A model generated the notes under the pieces. It was not told the origin of the DNA. It saw only the letters and a program-made list of their open reading frames with translations, and searched no databases. From Auanema rhodensis (taxonomy: Eukaryota > Animalia > Nematoda): a stretch of 64,000 nt of DNA. The first letter of the stretch is position 1. The number at the start of each line of letters is the position of its first letter. Below, one piece after another: positions 15,041 through 27,154 of this stretch. The stretch covers positions 3,844,001 to 3,908,000 of the forward strand of contig OZ059900.1 in the NCBI GenBank assembly GCA_964057225.1, read 5' to 3'. The position numbers and the translations under genes were made by a program.

Positions 15041-18000
15041 GAAATTAAAACTATGCTTTTGATCATATATATGAGCGATTTATCCAAATTGGACTCAAAA
15101 CTCGGAAAATTCAAAAATTCTGTCTATTATCGACCTTTTTCGATCAAAATGAATGAATATCAGTGAAGACTCATGAAAATAGCATGATTTTGTGTATTGT
15201 GTGTTTGATTCTCAAATCTTAACGTATATGATCAAAATTTACAAGTATTACAGATTTTGTACCAAAAATCGGTGAGTATATGGTGTTAGAGGCATAAAAA
15301 CGACCACACTTAGTGTAGTAATGCTTTTTAAGCGAAATTCAGTGATTTAAACATCATTAATGTTTAATTAATGACTTTTGTTGTCATAGACAATAAAACT
15401 ATGCTTTTGATCATATATATGAGCGATTTAGCCAAATTGGACTCAAAACTCGGAAAATTCAAAAATTCTGTCTATTTTCGACCTTTTTTGATCAAAATGA
15501 ATAAATATTAGTGCAAACTTATAAAAATAGACTGATTTTGTGTATTGTGTGTTTGATTCTCAAATCGTAACAAATATGATCAAAATTTACGAGTATCACA
15601 GAATTTGTACCAAAAATCGGTGAGTATATTTTGTTAAAGGCATAAAAACGACCATACTTAGTGTAGTAATGCTATTTGAGCGAAATTCAGTGATTTAAAC
15701 ATCATTAGTGTTTAATCAGTGACTTTTGTTGTCATAGTCAATAAAACTATGCTTTTGATCATATATATGAGCGATTTAGCCAAATTGGACTCAAAACTCG
15801 GAAATTTAAAAAATTCTTTCTATTTTCGACCTTTTTCGATCAAAATGAATAAATATCAGTGCAAACTCATAAAATTAAACTGATTTTGTGTATTGTGTGT
15901 TTGATCCTCGGAATTCAACAAATATGATCAAAATTTACGAGTATTACAGAGTTTGTACCAAAAATCGGTGAGTATATGGTGTTAAAGGCATAAAAACGAC
16001 CTTACTTAGTGTAGTAATGCTATTTGAGCGAAATTCAGTGATTGAAACATCATTAGTGTTTAATCAGTGACTTTTGTTGTCATAGAAATTAAAACTATGC
16101 TTTTGATCATATATATGAGCGATTTAGCCAAATTGGACTCAAAACTCGGAAAATTCAAAAATTCTTTCTATTTTCGACCTTTTTTGATCAAAATGAATAA
16201 ATATCAGTGCAAACTCGTAAAAATATACTGATTTTGTGTATTGCGTGTTTGATTCTCAAATCTTAACGTATATGATCAAAATTTACAAGTATTACAGAAT
16301 TTGTACCAAAAATCGGTGAGTATATGGTGTTAGAGGCATAAAAACGACCATACTTAGTGTAGTAATGCTATTTGAGCGAAATTCAGTGATTTGAACATCA
16401 TTAGTGTTTAATTAATGACTTTTGTTGTCATAGAAATTAAAACTATGCTTTTGATCATATATATGAGCGATTTATCCAAATTGGACTCAAAACTCGGAAA
16501 ATTCAAAAATTCTGTCTATTATCGACCTTTTTCGATCAAAATGAATGAATATCAGTGAAGACTCATGAAAATAGCATGATTTTGTGTATTGTGTGTTTGA
16601 TTCTCAAATCTTAACGTATATGATCAAAATTTACAAGTATTACAGATTTTGTACCAAAAATCGGTGAGTATATGGTGTTAGAGGCATAAAAACGACCACA
16701 CTTAGTGTAGTAATGCTTTTTAAGCGAAATTCAGTGATTTAAACATCATTAATGTTTAATTAATGACTTTTGTTGTCATAGACAATAAAACTATGCTTTT
16801 GATCATATATATGAGCGATTTAGCCAAATTGGACTCAAAACTCGGAAAATTCAAAAATTCTGTCTATTTTCGACCTTTTTTGATCAAAATGAATAAATAT
16901 TAGTGCAAACTTATAAAAATAGACTGATTTTGTGTATTGTGTGTTTGATTCTCAAATCGTAACAAATATGATCAAAATTTACGAGTATCACAGAATTTGT
17001 ACCAAAAATCGGTGAGTATATTTTGTTAAAGGCATAAAAACGACCATACTTAGTGTAGTAATGCTATTTGAGCGAAATTCAGTGATTTAAACATCATTAG
17101 TGTTTAATCAGTGACTTTTGTTGTCATAGAAATTAAAACTATGCTTTTGATCATATATATGAGCGATTTAGCCAAATTGGACTCAAAACTCGGAAAATTC
17201 AAAAATTCTTTCTATTTTCGACCTTTTTTGATCAAAATGAATAAATATCAGTGCAAACTCGTAAAAATATACTGATTTTGTGTATTGCGTGTTTGATTCT
17301 CAAATCTTAACGTATATGATCAAAATTTACAAGTATTACAGAATTTGTACCAAAAATCGGTGAGTATATGGTGTTAGAGGCATAATAACGACCATACTTA
17401 GTGTAGTAATGCTATTTGAGCGAAATTCAGTGATTTGAACATCATTAGTGTTTAATTAATGACTTTTGTTGTCATAGACAATGAAACTATGCTTTTGATC
17501 ATATATATGAGCAATTTATCCAAATTGGACTCAAAACTCGGAAAATTCAAAAATTCTGTCTATTATCGACCTTTTTCGATCAAAATGAATAAATATCAGT
17601 GAAGACTCATGAAAATAGCATGATTTTGTGTATTGTGTGTTTGATTCTCAAATCTTAACGTATATGATAAAAATTTACAAGTATTACAGATTTTGTACCA
17701 AAAATCGGTGAGTATATGGTGTTAGAGGCATAAAAACGACCATACTTAGTGTAGTAATGCTTTTTAAGCGAAATTCAGTGATTTAAACATCATTAATGTT
17801 CAATTAATGACTTTTGTTGTCATAGACAATAAAACTATGCTTTTGATCATATATATGAGCGATTTAGCCAAATTGGACTCAAAACTCGGAAAATTCAAAA
17901 ATTCTGTCTATTTTCGACCTTTTTTGATCAAAATGAATAAATATTAGTGCAAACTTATAAAAATAGACTGATTTTGTGTATTGTGTGTTTGATTCTCAAA

Positions 18001-21000
18001 TCGTAACAAATATGATCAAAATTTACGAGTATTACAGATTTTGTACCAAAAATCGGTGAGTATATGGTGTTAAAGGCATAAAAACGACCATACTTAGTGT
18101 AGTAATGCTATTTGAGCGAAATTCAGTGATTTAAACATCATTAGTGTTTAATTAATGACTTTTGTTGTCATAGACAATAAAACTATGCTTTTGATCATAT
18201 ATATGAGCGATTTATCCAAATTGGACTCAAAACTCGGAAAATTCAAAAATTCTGTCTATTTTCGACCTTTTTTGATCAAAATGAATAAATATTAGTGCAA
18301 ACTTATAAAAATAGACTGATTTTGTGTATTGTGTGTTTGATTCTCAAATCGTAACAAATATGATCAAAATTTACGAGTATTACAGATTTTGTACCAAAAA
18401 TCGGTGAGTATATGGTGTTAAAGGCATAAAAACGACCATACTTAGTGTAGTAATGCTATTTGAGCGAAATTCAGTGATTTAAACATCATTAGTGTTTAAT
18501 TAATGACTTTTGTTGTCATAGACAATAAAACTATGCTTTTGATCATATATATGAGCGATTTAGCCAAATTAGACTCAAAACTCGGAAATTTCAAAAATTC
18601 TTTCTATTTTCGATCTTTTTTGATCAAAATGAATATATATCAGTGCAAGCTCATAAAAATAGACTGATTTTGTGTATTGTATGTTTGATTCTCAAATCTT
18701 AACAAATATGATCAAAATTTACGAGTATTACAGATTTTGTACCAAAAATCGGTGAGTATATGGTGTTAAAGGCATAAAAACGACCATACTTAGTGTAGTA
18801 ATGCTATTTGAGCGAAATTCAGTGATTTAAACATCATTAGTGTTTAATTAATGACTTTTGTTGTCATAGACAATAAAACTATGCTTTTGATCATATATAT
18901 GAGCGATTTATCCAAATTGGACTCAAAACTCGGAAAATTCAAAAATTCTTTCTATTTTCGACCTTTTTTGATCAAAATGAATAAATATCAGTGCAAACTC
19001 ATAAAAATAGACTGATTTTGTGTATTGTGTGTTTGATTCTCAAATCTTAACAAATATGATCAAAATTTACGAGTATCACAGATTTTGTACCAAAAATCGG
19101 TGAGTATATGGTGTTAAAGGCAAAAAACGACCATACTTAGTGTAGTAATGCTATTTGAGCGAAATTCAGTGATTTAAACATTATTAGTGTTTAATCAGTG
19201 ACTTTTGTTGTCATAGAAAATGAAACTATGCTTTTTATCATATATATGAGCGATTTAGCCAAATTGGACTCAAAACTCGGAAAATTCAAAAATTCTTTCT
19301 ATTTTCGACCTTTTTTGATCAAAATGAATAAATATCAGTGCAAACCCGTAAAAGTATACTGATTTCGTGTATTGTGTGTTTGATTCTCGAATCTTACCGA
19401 ATATGATCGAATTTTACGAGTATTACAGATTTTGTACCAAAAATCGGTGAGTATATGGTGTTAGAGGCATAAAAACGACCATACTTAGTGTAGTAATGCT
19501 ATTTGAGCGAAATTCAGTGATTCAAACATCATTAGTGTTTAATCAATGACTTTTGTTGTCATAGACAATAAAACTATGCTTTTGATCATATATATGAGCG
19601 ATTCAGCCAGATAGGACTCAAAACTCGGAAAATTCAAAAATTCTTTCTATTTTCGACCTTTTTTGATCAAAATGAATAAATATCAGTGCAAACTCGTAAA
19701 AATAGACTGATTTTGTGTAATGTTTGTTTGATTCTCGAATCTTAACGAATATGATCGAAATTTACGAGTATTACAGATTTTGTATCAAAAATCGGTGAGT
19801 ATATGGTGTTAAAGGCATAAAAACGACCATACTTAGTGTAGTAATGCTATTTGAGCGAAATTAAGTGATTTTAACATCACTAGCGTTTAATTGATGACTT
19901 TTGTTGTCATAGACAATAAAACTATGCTTTTGATCATATATATGAGCGATTTATCCGAATTGGACTCAAAACTCGGAAAATTCAAAAATTCTTTCTATTT
20001 TCGACCTTTTTTGATCAAAATGAATAAATATCAGTGCAAACTTGTAAAAATAGACTCATTTCGTGTACTATGTGTTTGATTCTCGAATCTTAGCAAATAT
20101 GATCGAAATTTACAAGTATTACAGATTTTGTACCAAAAATCGGTGAGTATATTTTGTTAAAGGCATAAAAACGACCATACTTAGTGTAGTAATGCTATTT
20201 GAGCGAAATTCAGTGATTTAAACATCATTAGTGTTTAATCAATGACTTTCGCTGTCATAGACAATAAAACTATGCTTTTGATCATATATATGAGCGATTT
20301 AGCCAAATTGGACTCAAAACTCGGAAAATTCAAAAATTCTTTCTATTTTCGACCTTTTTTGATAAAAATGAATAAATATCAGTGCAAACTTGTAAAAATA
20401 GACTTATTTCGTGTATTATGTGTTTGATTCTCGAATCTTAGCAAATATGATCGAAATTTACAAGTATTACAGATTTTGTACCAAAAATCGGTGAGTATAT
20501 GGTGTTAGAGGCATAAAACCGACCATACTTAGTGTAGTAATGCTATTTGAGTGAAATTCAGTGATTTAAACATTATTAGTGTTTTCTTAATGACTTTTGT
20601 TGTCATAGACAATAAAATTATGCTTTTGATCATATATATGAGCGATTCAGCCAGATAGGACTCAAAACTCGGAAATTTCAAAAATTCTTTCTATTTTCGA
20701 CCTTTTTTGATCAAAATGAATAAATATCAGTGCAGACTCATGAAAGTAGACTGATTTTGTGTATTGTGTGTTTGATTCTCAAATCTTAACAAATATGATC
20801 AAAATTTACGAGTATCACAGAATTTGTACCAAAAATCGGTGAGTATATGGTGTTAAAGGCAAAAAACAACCATACTTAGTGTAGTAATGCTATTTGAGCG
20901 AAATTCAGTGATTTAAACTACATTAGTGTTTAATCAATGACTTTTGTTGTCATAGACAATAAAACTATGCTTTTGATCATATATAAGAGCGATTTAGCCA

Positions 21001-24000
21001 AATTGGACTCAAAACTCGGAAAATTCAAAAATTCTTTCTATTTTCGACCTTTTTTGATCAAAATGAATAAATATCAGTGCAAACTTGTAAAAATAGACTC
21101 ATTTCGTGTATTATGTGTTTGATTCTCGAATCTTAGCAAATATGATCGAAATTTACAAGTATTACAGATTTTGTACCAAAAATCGGTGAGTATATGGTGT
21201 TAGAGGCATAAAACCGACCATACTTAGTGTAGTAATGCTATTTGAGTGAAATTCAGTGATTTAAACATTATTAGTGTTTTCTTAATGACTTTTGTTGTCA
21301 TAGACAATAAAATTATGCTTTTGATCATATATATGAGCGATTCAGCCAGATAGGACTCAAAACTCGGAAATTTCAAAAATTCTTTCTATTTTCGACCTTT
21401 TTTGATCAAAATGAATAAATATCAGTGCAGACTCATGAAAGTAGACTGATTTTGTGTATTGTGTGTTTGATTCTCAATTCTTAACAAATATGATCAAAAT
21501 TTACGAGTATCACAGAATTTGTACCAAAAATCGGTGAGTATATGGTGTTAAAGGCAAAAAACGACCATACTTAGTGTAGTAATGCTATTTGAGCGAAATT
21601 CAGTGATTTAAACTACATTAGTGTTTAATCAATGACTTTTGTTGTCATAGACAATAAAACTATGCTTTTGATCATATATATGAGCGATTTAGCCAAATTG
21701 GACTCAAAACTCGGAAATTTCAAAAATTCTTTCTATTTTCGACCTTTTTTGATCAAAATGAATAAATATCAGTGCAAACTTGTAAAAATAGACTCATTTC
21801 GTGTATTATGTGTTTGATTCTCGAATCTTAGCAAATATGATCGAAATTTACAAGTATTACAGATTTTGTACCAAAAATCGGTGAGTATATGGTGTTAGAG
21901 GCATAAAACCGACCATACTTAGTGTAGTAATGCTATTTGAGTGAAATTCAGTGATTTAAACATTATTAGTGTTTTCTTAATGACTTTTGTTGTCATAGAC
22001 AATAAAACTATGCTTTTGATCATATATATGAGCGATTCAGCCAGATAGGACTCAAAACTCGGAAATTTCAAAAATTCTTTCTATTTTCGACCTTTTTCGA
22101 TCAAAATGAATAAATATCAGTGCAAACTCATAAAAATAGACTGATTTTGTGTATTGTATGTTTGATTCTCGAATCTTAACAAATATGATCAAAATTTACG
22201 AGTATCACAGATTTTGTACCAAAAATCGGTGAATCTATGGTGTTAAAGGTATAAAAACGACCATACTTAGTGTAGTAATGCTATTTAAGCGAAATTCAGT
22301 GATTTAAACATCATTAATGTTTAATTAATGACTTTTGTTGTCATAGACAATAAAACTATGCTTTTGATCATATATATGAGCGATTTAGCCAAATTGGACT
22401 CAAAACTCGGAAATTTCAAAAATTCTTTCTATTTTCGACCTTTTTTGATCAAAATGAATAAATATCAGTGCAAACTCATAAAAATAGACTGATTTTGTGT
22501 ATTGTATGTTTGATTCTCGAATCTTAACAAATATGATCAAAATTTACGAGTATCACAGATTTTGTACCAAAAATCGGTGAATCTATGGTGTTAAAGGTAT
22601 AAAAACGACCATACTTAGTGTAGTAATGCTATTTGAGCGAAATTCAGTGATTTAAACATCATTAATGTTTAATTAATGATTTTTGTTGTCATAGACAATA
22701 AAACTATGCTTTTGATCATATATATGAGCGATTTAGCCAAATTGGACTCAAAACTCGGAAATTTCAAAAATTCTTTCTATTTTCGACCTTTTTTGATCAA
22801 AATGAATAAATATCAGTGCAGACTCATGAAAATAGACTGATTTTGTGTATTGTGTGTTTGATTCTCAAATCGTAACAAATATGATCAAAATTTACGAGTA
22901 TCACAGAATTTGTACCAAAAATCGGTGAGTATATGGTGTTAAAGGCAAAAAACGACCATACTTAGTGTAGTAATGCTATTTGAGCGAAATTCAGTGATTT
23001 AAACTACATTAGTGTTTAATCAATGACTTTCGCTGTCATAGACAATAAAACTATGCTTTTGATCATATATATGAGCGATTTAGCCAAATTGGACTCAAAA
23101 CTCGGAAAATTCAAAAATTCTTTCTATTTTCGACCTTTTTTGATCAAAATAAATAAATATCAGTGCAAACTTGTAAAAATAGACTTATTTCGTGTATTAT
23201 GTGTTTGATTCTCGAACCTTAGCAAATATGATCGAAATTTACAAGTATTACAGATTTTGTACCAAAAATCGGTGAGTATATGGTGTTAGAGGCATAAAAA
23301 CGACCATACTTAGTGTAGTAATGCTATTTGAGTGAAATTCAGTGATTTAAACATTATTAGTGTTTTCTTAATGACTTTTGTTGTCATAGACAATGAAACT
23401 ATGCTTTTGATCATATATATGAGCGATTCAGCCAGATCGGACTCAAAACTCGGAAATTTCAAAAATTCTTTCTATTTTCGACCTTTTTTGATCAAAATGA
23501 ATAAATATCAGTGCAGACTCATGAAAATAGACTGATTTTGTGTATTGTGTGTTTGATTCTCAAATCTTAACAAATATGATCAAAATTTACGAGTATCACA
23601 GAATTTGTACAAAAAATCGGTGAGTATATGGTGTTAAAGGCAAAAAACGACCATACTTAGTGTAGTAATGCTATTTGAGCGAAATTCAGTGATTTAAACA
23701 TCATTAGTGTTTAATTAATGACTTTTGTTGTCATAGACAATAAAACTATGCTTTTGATCATATATATGAGCGATTTAGCCAAATTGGACTCAAAACTCGG
23801 AAATTTTAAAAATTCTTTCTATTTTCGACCTTTTTTGATCAAAATGAATAAATATCAGTGCAGACTCATGAAAATAGACTGATTTTGTGTATTGTGTGTT
23901 TGATTCTCAAATCTTAACGAATATGATCAAAATTTACAAGTATTACAGATTTTGTACCAAAAATCGGTGAGTATATTTTGTTAAAGGCATAAAAACGACC

Positions 24001-25849
24001 ATACTTAGTGTAGTAATGCTATTTGAGCGAAATTCAGTGATTTAAACATCATTAGTGTTTAATTAATGACTTTTGTTGTCATAGACAATAAAACTATGCT
24101 TTTGATCATATATATGAGCGATTTATCCGAATTGGACTCAAAACTCGGAAAATTCAAAAATTCTTTCTATTTTCGACCTTTTTTGATCAAAATGAATAAA
24201 TATCAGTGCAAACTTGTAAAAATAGACTCATTTCGTGTATTATGTGTTTGATTCTCGAATCTTAGCAAATATGATCGAAATTTACAAGTATTACAGATTT
24301 TGTACCAAAAATCGGTGAGTATATGGTGTTAAAGGCATAAAAACGACCATACTTAGTGTAGTAATGCTATTTGAGCGAAATTAAGTGATTTTAACATCAC
24401 TAGCGTTTAATTGATGACTTTTGTTGTCATAGACAATAAAACTATGCTTTTGATCATATATATGAGCGATTTATCCGAATTGGACTCAAAACTCGGAAAA
24501 TTCAAAAATTCTTTCTATTTTCGACCTTTTTTGATCAAAATGAATAAATATCAGTGCAAACTTGTAAAAATAGACTCATTTCGTGTACTATGTGTTTGAT
24601 TCTCGAATCTTAGCAAATATGATCGAAATTTACAAGTATTACAGATTTTGTACCAAAAATCGGTGAGTATATTTTGTTAAAGGCATAAAAACGACCATAC
24701 TTAGTGTAGTAATGCTATTTGAGCGAAATTCAGTGATTTAAACATCATTAGTGTTTAATCAATGACTTTCGCTGTCATAGACAATAAAACTATGCTTTTG
24801 ATCATATATATGAGCGATTTAGCCAAATTGGACTCAAAACTCGGAAAATTCAAAAATTCTTTCTATTTTCGACCTTTTTTGATAAAAATGAATAAATATC
24901 AGTGCAAACTTGTAAAAATAGACTTATTTCGTGTATTATGTGTTTGATTCTCGAATCTTAGCAAATATGATCGAAATTTACAAGTATTACAGATTTTGTA
25001 CCAAAAATCGGTGAGTATATGGTGTTAGAGGCATAAAACCGACCATACTTAGTGTAGTAATGCTATTTGAGTGAAATTCAGTGATTTAAACATTATTAGT
25101 GTTTTCTTAATGACTTTTGTTGTCATAGACAATAAAATTATGCTTTTGATCATATATATGAGCGATTCAGCCAGATAGGACTCAAAACTCGGAAATTTCA
25201 AAAATTCTTTCTATTTTCGACCTTTTTTGATCAAAATGAATAAATATCAGTGCAGACTCATGAAAGTAGACTGATTTTGTGTATTGTGTGTTTGATTCTC
25301 AAATCTTAACAAATATGATCAAAATTTACGAGTATCACAGAATTTGTACCAAAAATCGGTGAGTATATGGTGTTAAAGGCAAAAAACAACCATACTTAGT
25401 GTAGTAATGCTATTTGAGCGAAATTCAGTGATTTAAACTACATTAGTGTTTAATCAATGACTTTTGTTGTCATAGACAATAAAACTATGCTTTTGATCAT
25501 ATATAAGAGCGATTTAGCCAAATTGGACTCAAAACTCGGAAAATTCAAAAATTCTTTCTATTTTCGACCTTTTTTGATCAAAATGAATAAATATCAGTGC
25601 AAACTTGTAAAAATAGACTCATTTCGTGTATTATGTGTTTGATTCTCGAATCTTAGCAAATATGATCGAAATTTACAAGTATTACAGATTTTGTACCAAA
25701 AATCGGTGAGTATATGGTGTTAGAGGCATAAAACCGACCATACTTAGTGTAGTAATGCTATTTGAGTGAAATTCAGTGATTTAAACATTATTAGTGTTTT
25801 CTTAATGACTTTTGTTGTCATAGACAATAAAATTATGCTTTTGATCATA

Positions 25850-25851
25850 TA
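25850..25851. other. TA target-site duplication (left copy; right copy 27155-27156)
   Basis: The filled site GATCATATA[element]TATATGAG has exactly one more TA than the empty monomer site GATCATATATATGAG (for example around 21323-21337). Confidence 0.95.
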
Positions 25852-25881
25852 CAGGGTGGGTGAGAAGTATTGAGAGATTTT
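25852..25881 (+). repeat. Terminal inverted repeat (3' end relative to transposase), 30 bp
   Basis: CAGGGTGGGTGAGAAGTATTGAGAGATTTT is the exact reverse complement of 27125-27154. Confidence 0.97.
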
Positions 25882-25926
25882 CGAGAGTTAATATTTGGAA
25901 CAAAAACAGTTTTTTTTTAATCAAAT

Positions 25927-25932
25927 TTTATT
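25927..25932 (-). promoter_or_regulatory. Putative polyadenylation signal (AATAAA) of the transposase
   Basis: Plus-strand TTTATT reads AATAAA on the minus strand, ~32 nt downstream of the TAA stop and inside the TIR. The context is AT-rich, so it could be chance. Confidence 0.5.
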
Positions 25933-25963
25933 TATACATAGGGTAGTTTTTCACAAAGTTAAT

Positions 25964-27001
25964 TTACAAAGATTTTTCAAAATGTCCTCCTTTGGCTCTG
26001 ATAACGGCTGAAATCCTCCTCCGGAAGCTGTTTATAGTGTTTTGAAGATAGTCGTCATCTAATTCGTCCCACGCTTGGAGTAGAGCTTTTTTCAAGTCAT
26101 TCAAATTAGTGAATGTTTTACCTTCCAGCTTTGCTCCTAACACTCCCCAGACTGAGAAATCCATAGGATTTAGGTCGGGCGAGTTTGAAGGCCATAAGTC
26201 CTTGCCCCAGTATCCAGGAAAATGCTCTTGGCAGAACATGATGGTACTCTTCGCGCTATGAGCTGGTGCCCAATCCTGTTGAAGAATCATTTGACCAATT
26301 GTGTAGTTTTGTTGCATCCACGGTATCAGTACATTCTCCAAAATATCCTTCTGATATGTTGCTGCATTGATCTTAACATTTCTATCAATGAAGACAAGCG
26401 GCGTTTTGCGATTAGCGGTTATGCCGCCCCAAACCATTACGGATTCAGGAAAAAGAGAACGAGTAGCTATAATCCTGCTGCTACTGTGAGCTTGATCTCT
26501 TGTCAGTAGCTGGCGAAAGTTTTGTCGATTGGGCAGCATTTCAATCGTGAAAATTTTTTCATCTGTGAATAGGATGTTCGACAGTTGACCGGAACGTAAA
26601 AATTCTCGGATTTTGATAGATTTTTCAAATCTATTTTTTCTTGATGTTTCTGTGAGTGCTTGTCCGCGTCCTATCCGATAACTTTTGAGATGAAGTTCGT
26701 TTTTTACGATAAAACGAACACGTTCAGTAGAAATATTGAGCTCATGAGCCATCTTCCGCATGCTCACAGTTGAATCTCTCTCAATTCGATTCGAAATTTT
26801 TTTTCTGACAGCCGGAACGTTGACAGTACGGGTTCTTCCAGGTTTCGGCTTTGTAGTAACATCACCAGTGTCCTTAAATTGTTTCACGATTCTGTGACAT
26901 GTTGAATATGGAATTTCCAATCTTCGAGATATTTCAGCTGCAGAGAGGCCTTGAGCTGCGAAGTGAGCGATGGCAGAGCGATGAGGGGAAGGCTTCACCA
27001 T
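25964..27001 (-). CDS. Transposase, Tc1/mariner superfamily, DD37D catalytic triad, 345 aa, intronless
   Basis: The N-terminus has two HTH-like segments (LSAAEISRRLEIPYSTCHRIV; SMRKMAHELNISTERVRFIV) with a GRPR-like linker (KPGRTRT). Catalytic motifs are FTDEK, VMVWGG, QQDWAPAH and WPSNSPDLNPMDFSVW, followed by a C-terminal AKGGHFE. I count 37 residues between the second D (QQD) and the third D (NPMD). There are no stops or frameshifts. Confidence 0.96.
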   Translation of the reverse strand: MVKPSPHRSAIAHFAAQGLSAAEISRRLEIPYSTCHRIVKQFKDTGDVTTKPKPGRTRTVNVPAVRKKISNRIERDSTVSMRKMAHELNISTERVRFIVKNELHLKSYRIGRGQALTETSRKNRFEKSIKIREFLRSGQLSNILFTDEKIFTIEMLPNRQNFRQLLTRDQAHSSSRIIATRSLFPESVMVWGGITANRKTPLVFIDRNVKINAATYQKDILENVLIPWMQQNYTIGQMILQQDWAPAHSAKSTIMFCQEHFPGYWGKDLWPSNSPDLNPMDFSVWGVLGAKLEGKTFTNLNDLKKALLQAWDELDDDYLQNTINSFRRRISAVIRAKGGHFEKSL

Positions 27002-27124
27002 TTAGATCGTAGAATGAATGAACTGATTTGTAGTGTTAAATTATTTTGATAAAGCCCCCGTGGATCATTATAACCTAATTTGGAAAAATCTTTTGATGTT
27101 TTATTACTTTTACGACTAATCGTA

Positions 27125-27154
27125 AAAATCTCTCAATACTTCTCACCCACCCTG
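27125..27154 (-). repeat. Terminal inverted repeat (5' end relative to transposase), 30 bp
   Basis: AAAATCTCTCAATACTTCTCACCCACCCTG matches the reverse complement of the left TIR at 30/30 positions. Confidence 0.97.

Larger units (their letters stand above)
1..25851. repeat. Tandem satellite DNA array, 347-348 bp monomer (left arm; continues beyond window start)
   Basis: GGCA(T)AAAAACGACCATACTTAGTGTAGTAATGCT recurs at 1, 349, 697 and onward with a ~348 bp period. All monomers are head-to-tail in one orientation. Monomer 1 has 99/348 G+C (~28%). Monomers differ by scattered substitutions and 1 bp indels. Confidence 0.99.
25852..27154 (-). mobile_element. Full-length Tc1/mariner-superfamily DNA transposon, DD37D (maT-type) family, 1,303 bp
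   Basis: The element begins CAGGGTGGGTGAG and ends CTCACCCACCCTG, with 30 bp perfect TIRs and TA on both sides. It carries a single transposase ORF. The offset between duplicated satellite blocks rises from 4520 to 5825 across it, which equals 1303 bp plus a 2 bp TSD. Confidence 0.97.

Noticed and set aside
26222-26509. 95 aa plus-strand ORF inside the transposon
   Set aside because: It is an antisense shadow of the transposase catalytic region with no recognisable motif.
25852-27154. Bacterial IS630 element or prokaryotic origin of the window
   Set aside because: The DD37D triad, Tc1/mariner-type motifs and the long satellite context indicate a eukaryotic element.
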